Source of the DNA: Promethearchaeia archaeon
GTDB lineage: Archaea > Asgardarchaeota > Lokiarchaeia > Sigyniarchaeales > SOKP01
DNA length: 64,000 nucleotides
NCBI GenBank assembly: GCA_029856145.1
Contig: JAHQWK010000024.1
Span: 1 to 64,000, forward strand
Reading direction: 5' to 3'
The position numbers and the translations under genes were made by a program. Shown piece by piece: positions 19,291 to 29,922 of this stretch. The stretch's first letter is position 1. Every line of letters begins with the position of its first letter. A model generated the notes under the pieces. It made no database searches. It saw nothing but the letters and a program-made list of their open reading frames with translations, and was not told the origin of the DNA.

Positions 19291-21024
19291 ATGACAATTT
19301 CAGAAAATGAATTGGAAGCATTGGAGATATTAAAAAAACAAATAGGAGAATCGATATCTGAAATTTCTCAGTTAGAACGATACTCTCTCGGATATTATGT
19401 AGAGGAAGGGCATATTACAGGATTGAATCTTTTTTCTTGTGGATTATCAATAATCCCTAAAGAAATCGAGTTATTTACTTCACTAAAGAGGATTTTCATC
19501 AGAGGTAACAATTTAAATACCATTACCGAAGAACTATTTTCACTTCCAAGCCTTGAAATCTTAGATTTAAGCGAAAATCAATTAACAGAGTTACCCAAGT
19601 CTATAAATTTACTTTCTTCCCTTAAGGAACTACATTTAGAATCAAATCAATTAAATTTTTTACCAGAGACTATTGGATCTCTAAAATCTTTAGAAATTTT
19701 AGATTTAAGTGAAAATAAGCTAAATAGTGTTCCAAATTCAATAGGAGAAATGCACCAACTGAAAACATTAGATCTGAGTGGTAACAAAATTGAAGAGTTG
19801 CCTGATTCAATTGGAAAGTTGAAATCATTAGATATTCTTTTTTTAGGAAATAATAGATTAACTATACTTCCTGATTCCATTTGTGAATTAACATCATTGA
19901 AAAGATTGAATTTAAGGAATAATAAGATAACAGCACTCCCTAAATCAATTGGAAATTTATCATCATTAACATCTCTGTTTTTGAAGGGCAATTGTCTTAC
20001 TCAATTACCAGAATCTATAGGGCAATTTAAAAACTTAATTTACTTAGGTCTAACTTCAAATAAATTAACTTCTCTCCCTAATAGTATAGGTTCACTTTCT
20101 TTACTGGAAAATCTAAGTGTTTCATCTAATAACTTATTAGAGATTCCGAAATCAATAGGATCTCTTAAATCCTTATTAAGATTTGAAATTTCAGATAATA
20201 ATATAAAAAATATACCAGATTCAATTGGAGAACTTTCATCACTCACGATATTAAGATTTGGTCGTAATGATTTAACACTTATTCCAGAAACCATTGGAAA
20301 ACTTAATACCCTTTGGATCTTAAGACTTAATATCAATAAAATAGTAGAATTACCTGAAGCTATCGGTCACTTAAAATCTCTTCGTGAATTAAATTTATAT
20401 GACAATCAAATCAAATATCTACCACAGTCAATAGGCGCGCTACCATCTCTAGAAATATTAGATCTAAGTAAGAATCAATTAAACAAGCTTCCAGAATCAA
20501 TAGGTTCATTAGAATCACTAATAGAATTGGATATTTCCACAAACAAATTAGAAAATATCCCTCCCTCAATTGGTGCTCTTCCTTTAATAAAAAACCTTAT
20601 TCTTGGCTTTAATAAGCTAATATCAATTCCTAAATCCTTAGGTTTTCTTACCACTCTCGAAGTATTAGATTTAGGTAAAAATCATTTAATTGCAGTACCA
20701 GAAACTTTAGGTTCTCTTACTTCCCTTAAGCATTTATATTTATATTACAATGAATTAGAAGATATACCCGAATCGATTGGTTCATTACAATCTTTAAAAT
20801 ACTTATATTTAGGGAACAATAAATTATCGAGTCTTCCAGTATCAATAGGAAGGCTTAAGCAGTTAAAATATTTATTTTTAAGATCAAATTATTTAACTGA
20901 TCTTCCAGAATCTTTGGAATCATTACCTTCACTTCAATATTTAAATATAGAGAAAAACAATCTTAAAGGGTATTTAGATTTTTTACACAAATTAGAACTT
21001 AGAGGTATAAAAATTCTAAAATAA
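19291..21024 (+). CDS. Leucine-rich repeat protein with about 23 tandem 23-aa repeats
   Basis: Consensus LxxLxLxxNxLxxLPxSIGxLxS runs over nearly the whole length. No signal peptide or TM helix. Confidence 0.93.
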   Translation: MTISENELEALEILKKQIGESISEISQLERYSLGYYVEEGHITGLNLFSCGLSIIPKEIELFTSLKRIFIRGNNLNTITEELFSLPSLEILDLSENQLTELPKSINLLSSLKELHLESNQLNFLPETIGSLKSLEILDLSENKLNSVPNSIGEMHQLKTLDLSGNKIEELPDSIGKLKSLDILFLGNNRLTILPDSICELTSLKRLNLRNNKITALPKSIGNLSSLTSLFLKGNCLTQLPESIGQFKNLIYLGLTSNKLTSLPNSIGSLSLLENLSVSSNNLLEIPKSIGSLKSLLRFEISDNNIKNIPDSIGELSSLTILRFGRNDLTLIPETIGKLNTLWILRLNINKIVELPEAIGHLKSLRELNLYDNQIKYLPQSIGALPSLEILDLSKNQLNKLPESIGSLESLIELDISTNKLENIPPSIGALPLIKNLILGFNKLISIPKSLGFLTTLEVLDLGKNHLIAVPETLGSLTSLKHLYLYYNELEDIPESIGSLQSLKYLYLGNNKLSSLPVSIGRLKQLKYLFLRSNYLTDLPESLESLPSLQYLNIEKNNLKGYLDFLHKLELRGIKILK

Positions 21025-21145
21025 TTATTAATTCCTACAATCCTTTTTTTAATTTACTACAAACCGTTCCTAGTTAATAATAAACACACTAATCAAATTT
21101 GTTTTGACAAGAAGTAACTATAAAATGATATTATTTATATATTAA

Positions 21146-23185
21146 ATGGAGTTAGATAAAACTATGGATATTTCGAAAGCTATGAAAATCAAATTACCAG
21201 AAGAACTACCCTCTTATCCCAAATTCTTTGAAGGTATAAGAAGAGCACCATCTAGAGGTTTTAAATTAACTCCCACTCAGACAAAAATAGCACTAAAAAA
21301 TGCTTTAAGATACATTCCTCCCTCCTTACATGAGAAATTGGCTTCTGAATTTATGGAAGAATTAGTATCGAGAGGGCGAATATATGGTTATAGATACAGA
21401 CCAGAAGGCCCCATTAAGGCAAAGCCCGTAAATGAATATAGAGGAAATATAATTGAGGGAAAGGCGCTACAAGTTATGATTGATAATAATCTAGATTTCG
21501 CTGTAGCACTTTACCCTTATGAATTGGTAACATATGGTGAAAGTGGGCAAGTTTTTCAAAATTGGATGCAATATCAACTGGTTAAAAAATATCTTGAGTT
21601 AATGAATGAAACTCAAACCCTTGTCATAGCATCAGGACACCCTGTTGGTCTATTCCCAACATCACAAAACGCTCCAAGAGTTATCTCAACTAATGGATTA
21701 ATGGTTGGAATGTTCGATAATCCAGAGGATTTTTCAGTTGCGGCAGCTCTAGGTGTGGCTAATTACGGTCAAATGACAGCTGGAGGCTGGATGTATATCG
21801 GACCTCAAGGTATTGTCCATGGTACTTATATTACTTTGTTAAACGCGGGTAGATTATACCTGAATTTACCTCAAGACAAAGATTTAAGTGGTATATTGTA
21901 TCTATCTTCTGGGTTAGGTGGCATGAGTGGAGCACAAGCTAAAGCCGTAGAAATTGCAGGGGGAATAGGAGTAATAGCAGAAGTTGATGAATCAAGAATT
22001 AAAACCAGATATGAACAAGGATGGGTTTCACGAATCTCTGATGATTTAGATGAAATTTTTGAATGGGTTGATGATGCCAGAAAATCAAAAAGATCTTTAT
22101 CGATAGCATATAATGGAAATGTTGTTGATTTATGGAAATATGTTGTTGAAAATAACATTAAAGTAGAATTTGCCTCAGATCAAACTTCTTGTCATGCGGT
22201 TTATGAAGGTGGCTATACTCCATATCAGATAAGCTTTAAAGAGGGTAGAGAATTAATAAAGTCTAATATTGAGAGATTTAAAAAACTCATTGATGAGTCT
22301 TTAAAGGAGCAGTTCAAACTCATTAATATCATGACAAAAAGAGGTACATTTTTTTGGGATTATGGAAATTCTTTTATGAAAGCCGTATTTGATGCAGGTT
22401 CCAAGGATATTGCTAAAAATGGAATTAATCTCTCAGAAGGATTTATATTTCCTTCTTATGTGGAAGATATTATGGGACCAATTTGTTTTGATTATGGTTA
22501 TGGACCTTTTAGATGGGTTTGTCTTTCAGGAAAAAATGAAGATTTAGATAAAACGGATCAAGCAGCAATGAGTTATATTAATCCAGAGAGAAGAGCTCAA
22601 GATCGAGACAACTATTATTGGATTCGAGATGCGAAAAAAAATAAATTGGTAGTTGGAACAAAAGCAAGAATTTTATACGCTGATGCTAAAGAACGTATTA
22701 ATATCGCTTTGAAATTTAATAATTTAGTAAAAAAAGGTGAAATTGGGCCAATAATGCTAGGTAGAGATCATCATGATGTTTCTGGAACAGATTCACCTTT
22801 TAGGGAAACATCTAATATTAGAGACGGAAGTAATGTAATGGCAGAAATGGCTATTCATTGTTTCACTGGAAATGCTGTAAGAGGAATGACCTATGTAGTT
22901 CTATCAAATGGAGGTGGTGTTGGTATTGGAAAATGTTTTAATGGAGGATTCGGATTAGTTTTAGATGGTTCTGAGAGAGTTGATAAAATTATTAAAACTG
23001 CTGTTGAATGGGATGTAATGGGAGGGATAGCAAGAAGAAGTTGGGCTAGAAACACTAATGCTTTCGAAACTGCTTATAATTGGAATTTAGAAAATGAAAA
23101 AAAGGGGCACTTAACATTACCATTTGTAGCAGAAGATAAGCTTTTGGATAATATTATAGAGATCTATTTAAAAAAACTCAAATGA
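21146..23185 (+). CDS. hutU: Urocanate hydratase (long form)
   Basis: ELVTYG, YGQMTAGGWMYIGPQGIVHGT, GLGGMSGAQ, DQTSCH, GPFRW and GRDHHDVSGTDSPFRET motifs. Confidence 0.96.
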   Translation: MELDKTMDISKAMKIKLPEELPSYPKFFEGIRRAPSRGFKLTPTQTKIALKNALRYIPPSLHEKLASEFMEELVSRGRIYGYRYRPEGPIKAKPVNEYRGNIIEGKALQVMIDNNLDFAVALYPYELVTYGESGQVFQNWMQYQLVKKYLELMNETQTLVIASGHPVGLFPTSQNAPRVISTNGLMVGMFDNPEDFSVAAALGVANYGQMTAGGWMYIGPQGIVHGTYITLLNAGRLYLNLPQDKDLSGILYLSSGLGGMSGAQAKAVEIAGGIGVIAEVDESRIKTRYEQGWVSRISDDLDEIFEWVDDARKSKRSLSIAYNGNVVDLWKYVVENNIKVEFASDQTSCHAVYEGGYTPYQISFKEGRELIKSNIERFKKLIDESLKEQFKLINIMTKRGTFFWDYGNSFMKAVFDAGSKDIAKNGINLSEGFIFPSYVEDIMGPICFDYGYGPFRWVCLSGKNEDLDKTDQAAMSYINPERRAQDRDNYYWIRDAKKNKLVVGTKARILYADAKERINIALKFNNLVKKGEIGPIMLGRDHHDVSGTDSPFRETSNIRDGSNVMAEMAIHCFTGNAVRGMTYVVLSNGGGVGIGKCFNGGFGLVLDGSERVDKIIKTAVEWDVMGGIARRSWARNTNAFETAYNWNLENEKKGHLTLPFVAEDKLLDNIIEIYLKKLK

Positions 23186-23279
23186 AAAATAATTCGATTT
23201 AAATTATTTAAAAAATTCTTATTTGAAGACTATTTAGCTTTTTGTCTTATTTAATAATAATAATTAAAAGTTGGCTTTT

Positions 23280-24806
23280 ATGAAAAAGGGATTTAAGTAC
23301 GGTATTGATAAACTTACTGTAAAAAAGGCTCTAGAAATATCAAGAGAATCGATGAGAGGTATTGTAACTGATGAGGTCAAAGAACAGATTGTTAAAAATT
23401 ATAATGCTATCCAATCAATTGTGAAAGGAGAAAAATTAGTTTATAGCATAAATACGGGATTTGGTTCTCTTTGTACTACCAGAATATCAAAAGAAGAGAC
23501 AGGAAATTTACAGGAAAATCTTCTTAAGAGCCATAGTGTTGGAGTGGGCTCACCAATAGAACCAGAAATATCAAAATTAATGTTAATTTTAAAAGTTCAT
23601 ACATTATGTATGGGATTTTCTGGAATATCTCTTAAAGTAGTAGAAAGAATTTGTTGGCATATTGATAATAATTATATCCCATTGGTTCCTAAGCAAGGCT
23701 CAGTTGGAGCATCAGGAGATCTAGCACCATTAGCTCACCTGTTCTTGCCATTAATAGGAATAGGATTTTTAACTCATGATAATAATAAATATATACCAAC
23801 AGATAGAGTGTTAGAAGAACAAAAATTAATGCCATTAAAACTTCAAGCAAAAGAAGGTTTAGCATTAATTAATGGTACACAATTTGTTTCTGCTCACGCA
23901 ATTAAAATATCAGAAAAATTCTCAAGTTGCTTGGATCATGCTGATCTCATCGGAGCTCTAACTCTTGAAAGTTACTTAGCCTCACCTCAACCCTTTGTCG
24001 AGAAACTAATAAAATTACGACCCCATACGGGGGCGTTGATTGTTGCAAAAAGGATGAGAAAATTTCTTGAGAATTCCGAATTGGTGGAATCACATAAAGA
24101 GTGTGAACGTGTGCAAGATCCTTATTCTATTCGTTGCATTCCCCAAGTTCATGGTGCTTCAAGAGACGCTTTAATACATTTAAATGAAAAATTAGAGTGT
24201 GAACTTAATTCGGTCACAGATAATCCTATTGTTTTTAGCGAAAATGAAACTTATAGTGGTGGTAATTTTCATGGGCAACCTCTTGCTTTACCTTTAGATT
24301 ATGTAAGTCTAGCCGCATCTGAACTAGGTAATATTTCTGATCGTCGTATCTTCTTATTACTTGAAGGAAAATGGGGATTGCCTACGAATTTAATAATGAA
24401 AACCGGCTTGAACTCCGGATTTATGTTAACGCAATATACATCCGCAGCTCTAGCTAGTGAAAATAAAACACTTTGTTTTCCTTCAAGTGCCGATAGTATT
24501 CCTACAGGAGCGGGACAAGAAGATCATGTTAGTATGGCGCCAATTAGTGCTAGAAAAGCTCTTAAAATAATTAGTAATCTTGAAAAAATTCTTGCAATTG
24601 AACTTTTATGTTCTGCCCAAGCTTTTGATTTTAGGAGACCTTTGAAATCTAGCATAATTTTAGAAGAATTTCATAAATATGTGAGAAATGAAATACCTCA
24701 TGTCATCAAAGATACTGTTTTATCTGAATATATTAAATCCGCATTAGAAATCATTAGAAGTAAGGAATTATTAAAAATCAGTATAAAAAGATTAGAGTTG
24801 GATTAA
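23280..24806 (+). CDS. hutH: Histidine ammonia-lyase (ATG 23280; ORF track starts at 23271)
   Basis: YSINTGFG, GSVGASGDLAPLAH (MIO-forming ASG), QDPYSIRC and GGNFHGQP motifs. Confidence 0.96.
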   Translation: MKKGFKYGIDKLTVKKALEISRESMRGIVTDEVKEQIVKNYNAIQSIVKGEKLVYSINTGFGSLCTTRISKEETGNLQENLLKSHSVGVGSPIEPEISKLMLILKVHTLCMGFSGISLKVVERICWHIDNNYIPLVPKQGSVGASGDLAPLAHLFLPLIGIGFLTHDNNKYIPTDRVLEEQKLMPLKLQAKEGLALINGTQFVSAHAIKISEKFSSCLDHADLIGALTLESYLASPQPFVEKLIKLRPHTGALIVAKRMRKFLENSELVESHKECERVQDPYSIRCIPQVHGASRDALIHLNEKLECELNSVTDNPIVFSENETYSGGNFHGQPLALPLDYVSLAASELGNISDRRIFLLLEGKWGLPTNLIMKTGLNSGFMLTQYTSAALASENKTLCFPSSADSIPTGAGQEDHVSMAPISARKALKIISNLEKILAIELLCSAQAFDFRRPLKSSIILEEFHKYVRNEIPHVIKDTVLSEYIKSALEIIRSKELLKISIKRLELD

Positions 24807-24807
24807 A

Positions 24808-26124
24808 TTGTTTGTATCATCTACATATTCAAAAAAAGAATTATTCTCTAATCTCGAGCCAGATTTAGTTATCTTTCACTCTAATGAACTTGTAACTATG
24901 AATACAAAATATGGGGCTCCAAGAATAGGTGAAGATATGGCTGAATTGGCTATTATTAATGATGGAGCAGTAGCAGTAAAAGATGATAGGATTATTTTTA
25001 TTGGACCTACAGATGAACTCATATCAAAATTTGAATTTGGGAAAATTCCTACTAAAATAGACGCAACAAATAAGCTTGTTACCCCTGGTTTTGTCGATCC
25101 TCACACTCACATAATTTTTGATGGCACACGAGAAAATGAATTATCTATGAAACTTGAGGGAAAGACATACCTTGAAATTTTAAAATTAGGAGGAGGTATT
25201 TTAAAGACTGTTCGTGAAACCAGAAAAGCTCCATTAGAGAAATTAGTTGAAAATGGAAAGAAAATCTTAGATAGAATGATGTCATATGGGACAACTACCT
25301 TGGAAACTAAATCTGGTTATGGATTGACAACTGAAAGTGAAATTAAACAATTAAAAGCTATAGAAATTTTGAATGATAAACACCCATTAGATATAGTTCC
25401 AACATTTTTAGGCGCACATGCAATACCACCTGAATATAAAGATAAAACTGATAAATATGTTAAATTAATTATTTCGGATATGATTCCTAAAATCGCAAAA
25501 GAGGGTCTTGCTGAATTTTGTGATGTGTTTTGTGAAGAAGGAATCTTTACAATAAAACAAACGCATAAAATATTGAAAACTGCTATTAGATACGGTCTAA
25601 AACCTCAAATTCATATTGATGAGATTGTTGATACAAATGGTGCACTCTTAGCTTCTAAAATAAAAGCGATTCAAACAGGGCATCTACTAAAATCGAATGA
25701 TGAAGGTTTGAAAGCTATGGCCGAAGCAGGAGTTATAGCTACTCTCTTACCAGGAACACCATTTTGTTTAATGTTAGATCAATATGCTCCTGCCAGAAAA
25801 ATGATAGAATTAGGGATACCTATTGCCTTAGCAACCGATCTTAACCCAAATTGCTGGACAGAATCAATGCAAATAGTTATAGCATTAGCGTGCTATCATA
25901 TGAAACTCTCACCCGCGGAAGCCCTCACAGCATCTACGATTAATAGTGCATGTGCGATTCAAAAGGAAGATGAAATTGGGAGTATAGAAATCGGAAAAAA
26001 AGCAGATTTACTAGTTTTTGATGTACCAAATCATCAGTTCTTACCATATCATTTTGGAGTAAATCTAGTATCCAAAGTAATAAAAAATGGTAAGATTGTA
26101 GTTGATAATCGATTATCAACTTAA
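24808..26124 (+). CDS. hutI: Imidazolonepropionase
   Basis: PGFVDPHTH, GGGI, KSGYGL, FLGAHA, DVFCE and ATDLNP motifs. Confidence 0.95.
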   Translation: MFVSSTYSKKELFSNLEPDLVIFHSNELVTMNTKYGAPRIGEDMAELAIINDGAVAVKDDRIIFIGPTDELISKFEFGKIPTKIDATNKLVTPGFVDPHTHIIFDGTRENELSMKLEGKTYLEILKLGGGILKTVRETRKAPLEKLVENGKKILDRMMSYGTTTLETKSGYGLTTESEIKQLKAIEILNDKHPLDIVPTFLGAHAIPPEYKDKTDKYVKLIISDMIPKIAKEGLAEFCDVFCEEGIFTIKQTHKILKTAIRYGLKPQIHIDEIVDTNGALLASKIKAIQTGHLLKSNDEGLKAMAEAGVIATLLPGTPFCLMLDQYAPARKMIELGIPIALATDLNPNCWTESMQIVIALACYHMKLSPAEALTASTINSACAIQKEDEIGSIEIGKKADLLVFDVPNHQFLPYHFGVNLVSKVIKNGKIVVDNRLST

Positions 26125-26127
26125 TTC

Positions 26128-27045
26128 TTAAAAATCAAAATAATACTCTAGCAAATGATTTTCTTCTAGTTTATCAGGTGTTTCTAGTTGTAAATAATAT
26201 TCTAATGAATTAAGAACCGCACCTAGTGGCAGTACACCAACTAACTCAGAACCTATTACTGGCACACCGTATCGAGCTGCTTCCATCCTTACAAGCTCCA
26301 TTTGCCTATATAAAGGAGTTTTCCTATAATTAATATTAGAAATTCCAACTTGCACATAATCCCGATTTGTCAATTCTGTACCCATCGCTTTGATATTTAC
26401 TAGTCCCCCAGAACGTAAGTGTATAGCCTTAGCAACTTTCCTAGCAATTTTCACATCTTTTGTACCTAAATTAATATTAAAGCTTATTAATGGATTTCTT
26501 GCTCCAGTTATTATTGCACCTGCAGTAGGATGAAATTCAGAAGGACCATAATCGGGTTTCCGTTCTGGATCAGTTTTAATGGCTTCTTTAAGTTTTTCAA
26601 ATTCTCCTTTCCGAATATTATCAATATTTTTTCTATCCATTTTCCGAGCAGATTCTTCATAAAGATAAACAGGTATTCCTTCTTTTGCCATAGCTTCCGC
26701 AAATTTTACTGATAATTCAATACATTCTTCCATCGTCACATTTTGTGCTGGCACAAAAGGAACTACATCAATAGCACCAATTCGAGGATGTTGACCCTTA
26801 TGTGTATTCATATCAATTAATTCAATAGCTTTTTTAGCAGCATTGATATTTGCCTGAAAAACAGCTTCAGGAGTTCCAACAAATGTGACAACTGCTCTAT
26901 TATAATCAGAATCGTACTGAACATCCACAATACGAGTGTTAGGAGTATTTTTTATCTTATTGACAATTAACTCAATCTTTTCTGCATCAATCCCCTCACT
27001 GTAGTTTGGGACTGATTCTACTATCTTCTTTTTTTCTTTTTCCAT
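26128..27045 (-). CDS. ftcD: Glutamate formiminotransferase (no cyclodeaminase domain)
   Basis: ESVPNYSEG, YNRAVVT, HKGQHPRIGAIDVVPFVP and GSELVG motifs. Convergent with hutI. Confidence 0.93.
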   Translation of the reverse strand: MEKEKKKIVESVPNYSEGIDAEKIELIVNKIKNTPNTRIVDVQYDSDYNRAVVTFVGTPEAVFQANINAAKKAIELIDMNTHKGQHPRIGAIDVVPFVPAQNVTMEECIELSVKFAEAMAKEGIPVYLYEESARKMDRKNIDNIRKGEFEKLKEAIKTDPERKPDYGPSEFHPTAGAIITGARNPLISFNINLGTKDVKIARKVAKAIHLRSGGLVNIKAMGTELTNRDYVQVGISNINYRKTPLYRQMELVRMEAARYGVPVIGSELVGVLPLGAVLNSLEYYLQLETPDKLEENHLLEYYFDF

Positions 27046-27093
27046 AAAAAAACCTCTATTAATTAAGTTCTTACTTGAAATAATATGAATAAA

Positions 27094-28356
27094 TCATAAT
27101 GAATATTTCTTTTTATGGTATGTTTTATCAGTAAATACGTATATGTTATCTTGCCCATTCCCAATAACTTTATCATTTACTTCTAATTCAATTATAGCTT
27201 TTTTATTATTCGTCCCTCTTGGCGTTTTCTTAACTATTCTTCCTTGGTACTTTATTACTCCAACTTTTTGATAAATATATGTATCAGTATTATTACCCAT
27301 GATTATAATATCATCATTTATAGAAAGATATCCATTATTTAATGATATGGTCGTGAAACCTGTCTTTTGATTATATTTCTTTATTTGCCCAACTTTTATA
27401 TATCTATAATGAGATAAGTTTGTTGGCGATCTATGTTGATGATCTTCTTCAGTCATTCTTTTAAAATAAAAACCTGGTGTAAAACCTCTATTATATACTT
27501 TCTTTAACTCGGTTACCCATTGTCCTGCTTTCTTTTTTGAAAATGTTCCATTATAATATGCATCAATAGCCTCTCGATATGTTTTGGAAACAACTTCCAC
27601 ATAATGCGGATGACGCATTCGACCTTCTATTTTAAAAGCGTCAATATTTGCTTCGATTAGATTAGGGATATAAGCAATTGTGCATAGATCTCTTGAATTT
27701 AAAAACCTTACTCCATCGTATATATATTCTGTTCCGCCTTCTTCGCGAACCCACCAACGTCTCCTGCAAGGTTGCTCACAATTGCCCCTATTGGCAGACT
27801 TTTCCTCAGACCCACAAATATCTTGAGAAAAATAACATCTGCCACTAACCGAAGTACACATTGCTCCATGAATAAACGTTTCTATTTCAGTTTTAATTAA
27901 ATTTCTTTTAATTTCTTTAATTTTTTCAAGAGATAGTTCTCTGGCTAAAATGATGCGTTCAGCACCAAAATTTTCATAAAAATTAGCAGATAGAGAATTA
28001 GAAACATTACATTGTGTAGAAATATGAAAAGGGATACCCAATTCTTTAGCTATTTGTATTGCTGCTAAATCATGAACAATAACAGCATCTACTCCCTCTT
28101 CTTTGCTTCTTTCTATTATTTCACGAAGAAAATTCAATTCATTATCATAAATTAAAATATTTGTTGTTAGGTATACTTTTAAATCGTTTCTATGGCAAAA
28201 TTCTACCACTTTATTTAAATCTTTTAACGAAAAATTATCTGAACGCATCCTCATATTAAACTTTTTGATCCCAAAGTAGACAGAATCCGCGTATTTAATA
28301 GCTGCTTTAATAGCTTTTATATTTTTTGCAGGGGCTAGTAATTCTACTTTTTTCAT
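27094..28356 (-). CDS. U32 peptidase family Fe-S protein (TrhP/RlhA-like RNA hydroxylase)
   Basis: ELLAPA, HISTQ, LARELS, HGAMC.SVSGRC, NRGNCEQPCR and KIEGRM motifs. Confidence 0.88.
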   Translation of the reverse strand: MKKVELLAPAKNIKAIKAAIKYADSVYFGIKKFNMRMRSDNFSLKDLNKVVEFCHRNDLKVYLTTNILIYDNELNFLREIIERSKEEGVDAVIVHDLAAIQIAKELGIPFHISTQCNVSNSLSANFYENFGAERIILARELSLEKIKEIKRNLIKTEIETFIHGAMCTSVSGRCYFSQDICGSEEKSANRGNCEQPCRRRWWVREEGGTEYIYDGVRFLNSRDLCTIAYIPNLIEANIDAFKIEGRMRHPHYVEVVSKTYREAIDAYYNGTFSKKKAGQWVTELKKVYNRGFTPGFYFKRMTEEDHQHRSPTNLSHYRYIKVGQIKKYNQKTGFTTISLNNGYLSINDDIIIMGNNTDTYIYQKVGVIKYQGRIVKKTPRGTNNKKAIIELEVNDKVIGNGQDNIYVFTDKTYHKKKYSL

Positions 28357-28425
28357 CTTAAGAAAATATGTATAATTTCCTATTTTTCTTTTACTGCAAA
28401 ATATAATTAAAGTTTTATAAAATAA

Positions 28426-29661
28426 TTAGAAAAATTCCTTAAATTTCTCTTTTGCGATTTCTCTTCTTATATTTTCCCCTTGTTCTGGAGTAATTTTTTC
28501 TTTAAGAGCTTCATTGCAAATTTTTTTTCCAATGATTACTTTTGGATTATTTGCCCAATTAACGTTTATTAGTAAACAAAGATAATAAATTGAAGATAGT
28601 ATAAGAGCAATAAGATGTCCAATATTAGTCTCTGATGGACTTTCGATTGAAATCTTTGCTGATGGTACTCTTTGTTGAAGTAAAGCTTGAAATGTAGCAT
28701 TTGCTTGATAGTTAACAATAGTTTGAGCACTCTGTCCATCAACGTACGATATAGAGGAACTTAAAATGATATCAGGATCTTCATTACTTATTGTCCATAG
28801 AATCGGTATAACAACGCTTTTGGTTCCTCCTAATAAGTACTCTAAAACAGAATGCTGGCAAATTGGAGCTTGTTGATACGTACCGATCAAACCTTTTTCA
28901 TCTTTTCCGGTGCTTTCTGATATTCCTTGAACCCATAATCCAATACTTCCCTCAAGGTTTTTTGAGTATGGCATTGAAAAAACTATATTATAGTTCTTTT
29001 TATATAAATTGAATAGAAAGGTTGCAAGTTTTATAGCTGGTTGATTTTCATATTTTGAAAATATTTCATAACCATCTTCCAATCCCTTTAAAAAAACTTC
29101 AATATTTATGCCTGCCATATAAGCAGGTACAATTCCTACATTGGTAACAGATCCTGCATAACGTCCAGAAAGATTAGGTACATCTAAAATTGGGCAATTT
29201 ATTTTTTTTAAGATTTCATTCATTGTTCCCATGGACGATAATCCTAAAAATTTATAACCCCTTTTTTGAAATGTTCCAATAGTTGAATTAATATCTAAGG
29301 TTTCTCCTCCTCTTGATATTGGAATTACAATTGAATCTTCTGGAGATGTTTTATCTAAGCACCCCTTTAATTCTACAGCTCTGGAGCTAGTAACAGGAAA
29401 AATTTTTCTTTTTGCTAAATGTTTTAATGCAATTAAAGTCTGAATTGATCCTCCCGTCCCTAAAACTATAACGTTTTTAAGATTATCAGTGATAAATTGG
29501 TCTGTTATTTTTCGAAGTTTTTGTATATCTAAATTAGTTTTAGTGTCAAAGAAAAAAGGAGGATCCCAATTTTCTTTATTCTTGTTAATAATATTAATAG
29601 AATCTTTTATCCTTGTATCATTTATTTCTGGATAACATTCAAATTTTACTTTAGTTTTCAT
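28426..29661 (-). CDS. Divergent glucose-6-phosphate isomerase / double-SIS sugar isomerase
   Basis: VLGTGGS, SRGGETLD, GRY, ESTGKD.KG, QHS and NP.V..GK motifs. Confidence 0.7.
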   Translation of the reverse strand: MKTKVKFECYPEINDTRIKDSINIINKNKENWDPPFFFDTKTNLDIQKLRKITDQFITDNLKNVIVLGTGGSIQTLIALKHLAKRKIFPVTSSRAVELKGCLDKTSPEDSIVIPISRGGETLDINSTIGTFQKRGYKFLGLSSMGTMNEILKKINCPILDVPNLSGRYAGSVTNVGIVPAYMAGINIEVFLKGLEDGYEIFSKYENQPAIKLATFLFNLYKKNYNIVFSMPYSKNLEGSIGLWVQGISESTGKDEKGLIGTYQQAPICQHSVLEYLLGGTKSVVIPILWTISNEDPDIILSSSISYVDGQSAQTIVNYQANATFQALLQQRVPSAKISIESPSETNIGHLIALILSSIYYLCLLINVNWANNPKVIIGKKICNEALKEKITPEQGENIRREIAKEKFKEFF

Positions 29662-29922
29662 AAGATTTCATCTAGTATAAATTGGTAATTTTAATAATAA
29701 CTTTATATAATCTATTCATGTTTATATTATTTTATCAATTAACCATAGAGGAATCCTATTCTTAGCTAAATTCTCAAATCTTAGAATATTGTCGGATTTT
29801 GTTTTTTCATCAATAAAAATAAATTTGAAAATTAGAACTCTATTTTACTTAAAATAAACACCTATCCAACTATGCATAATAAATAGTATCTATAAAAATT
29901 ACACTTATTTTAATGATTTTAT

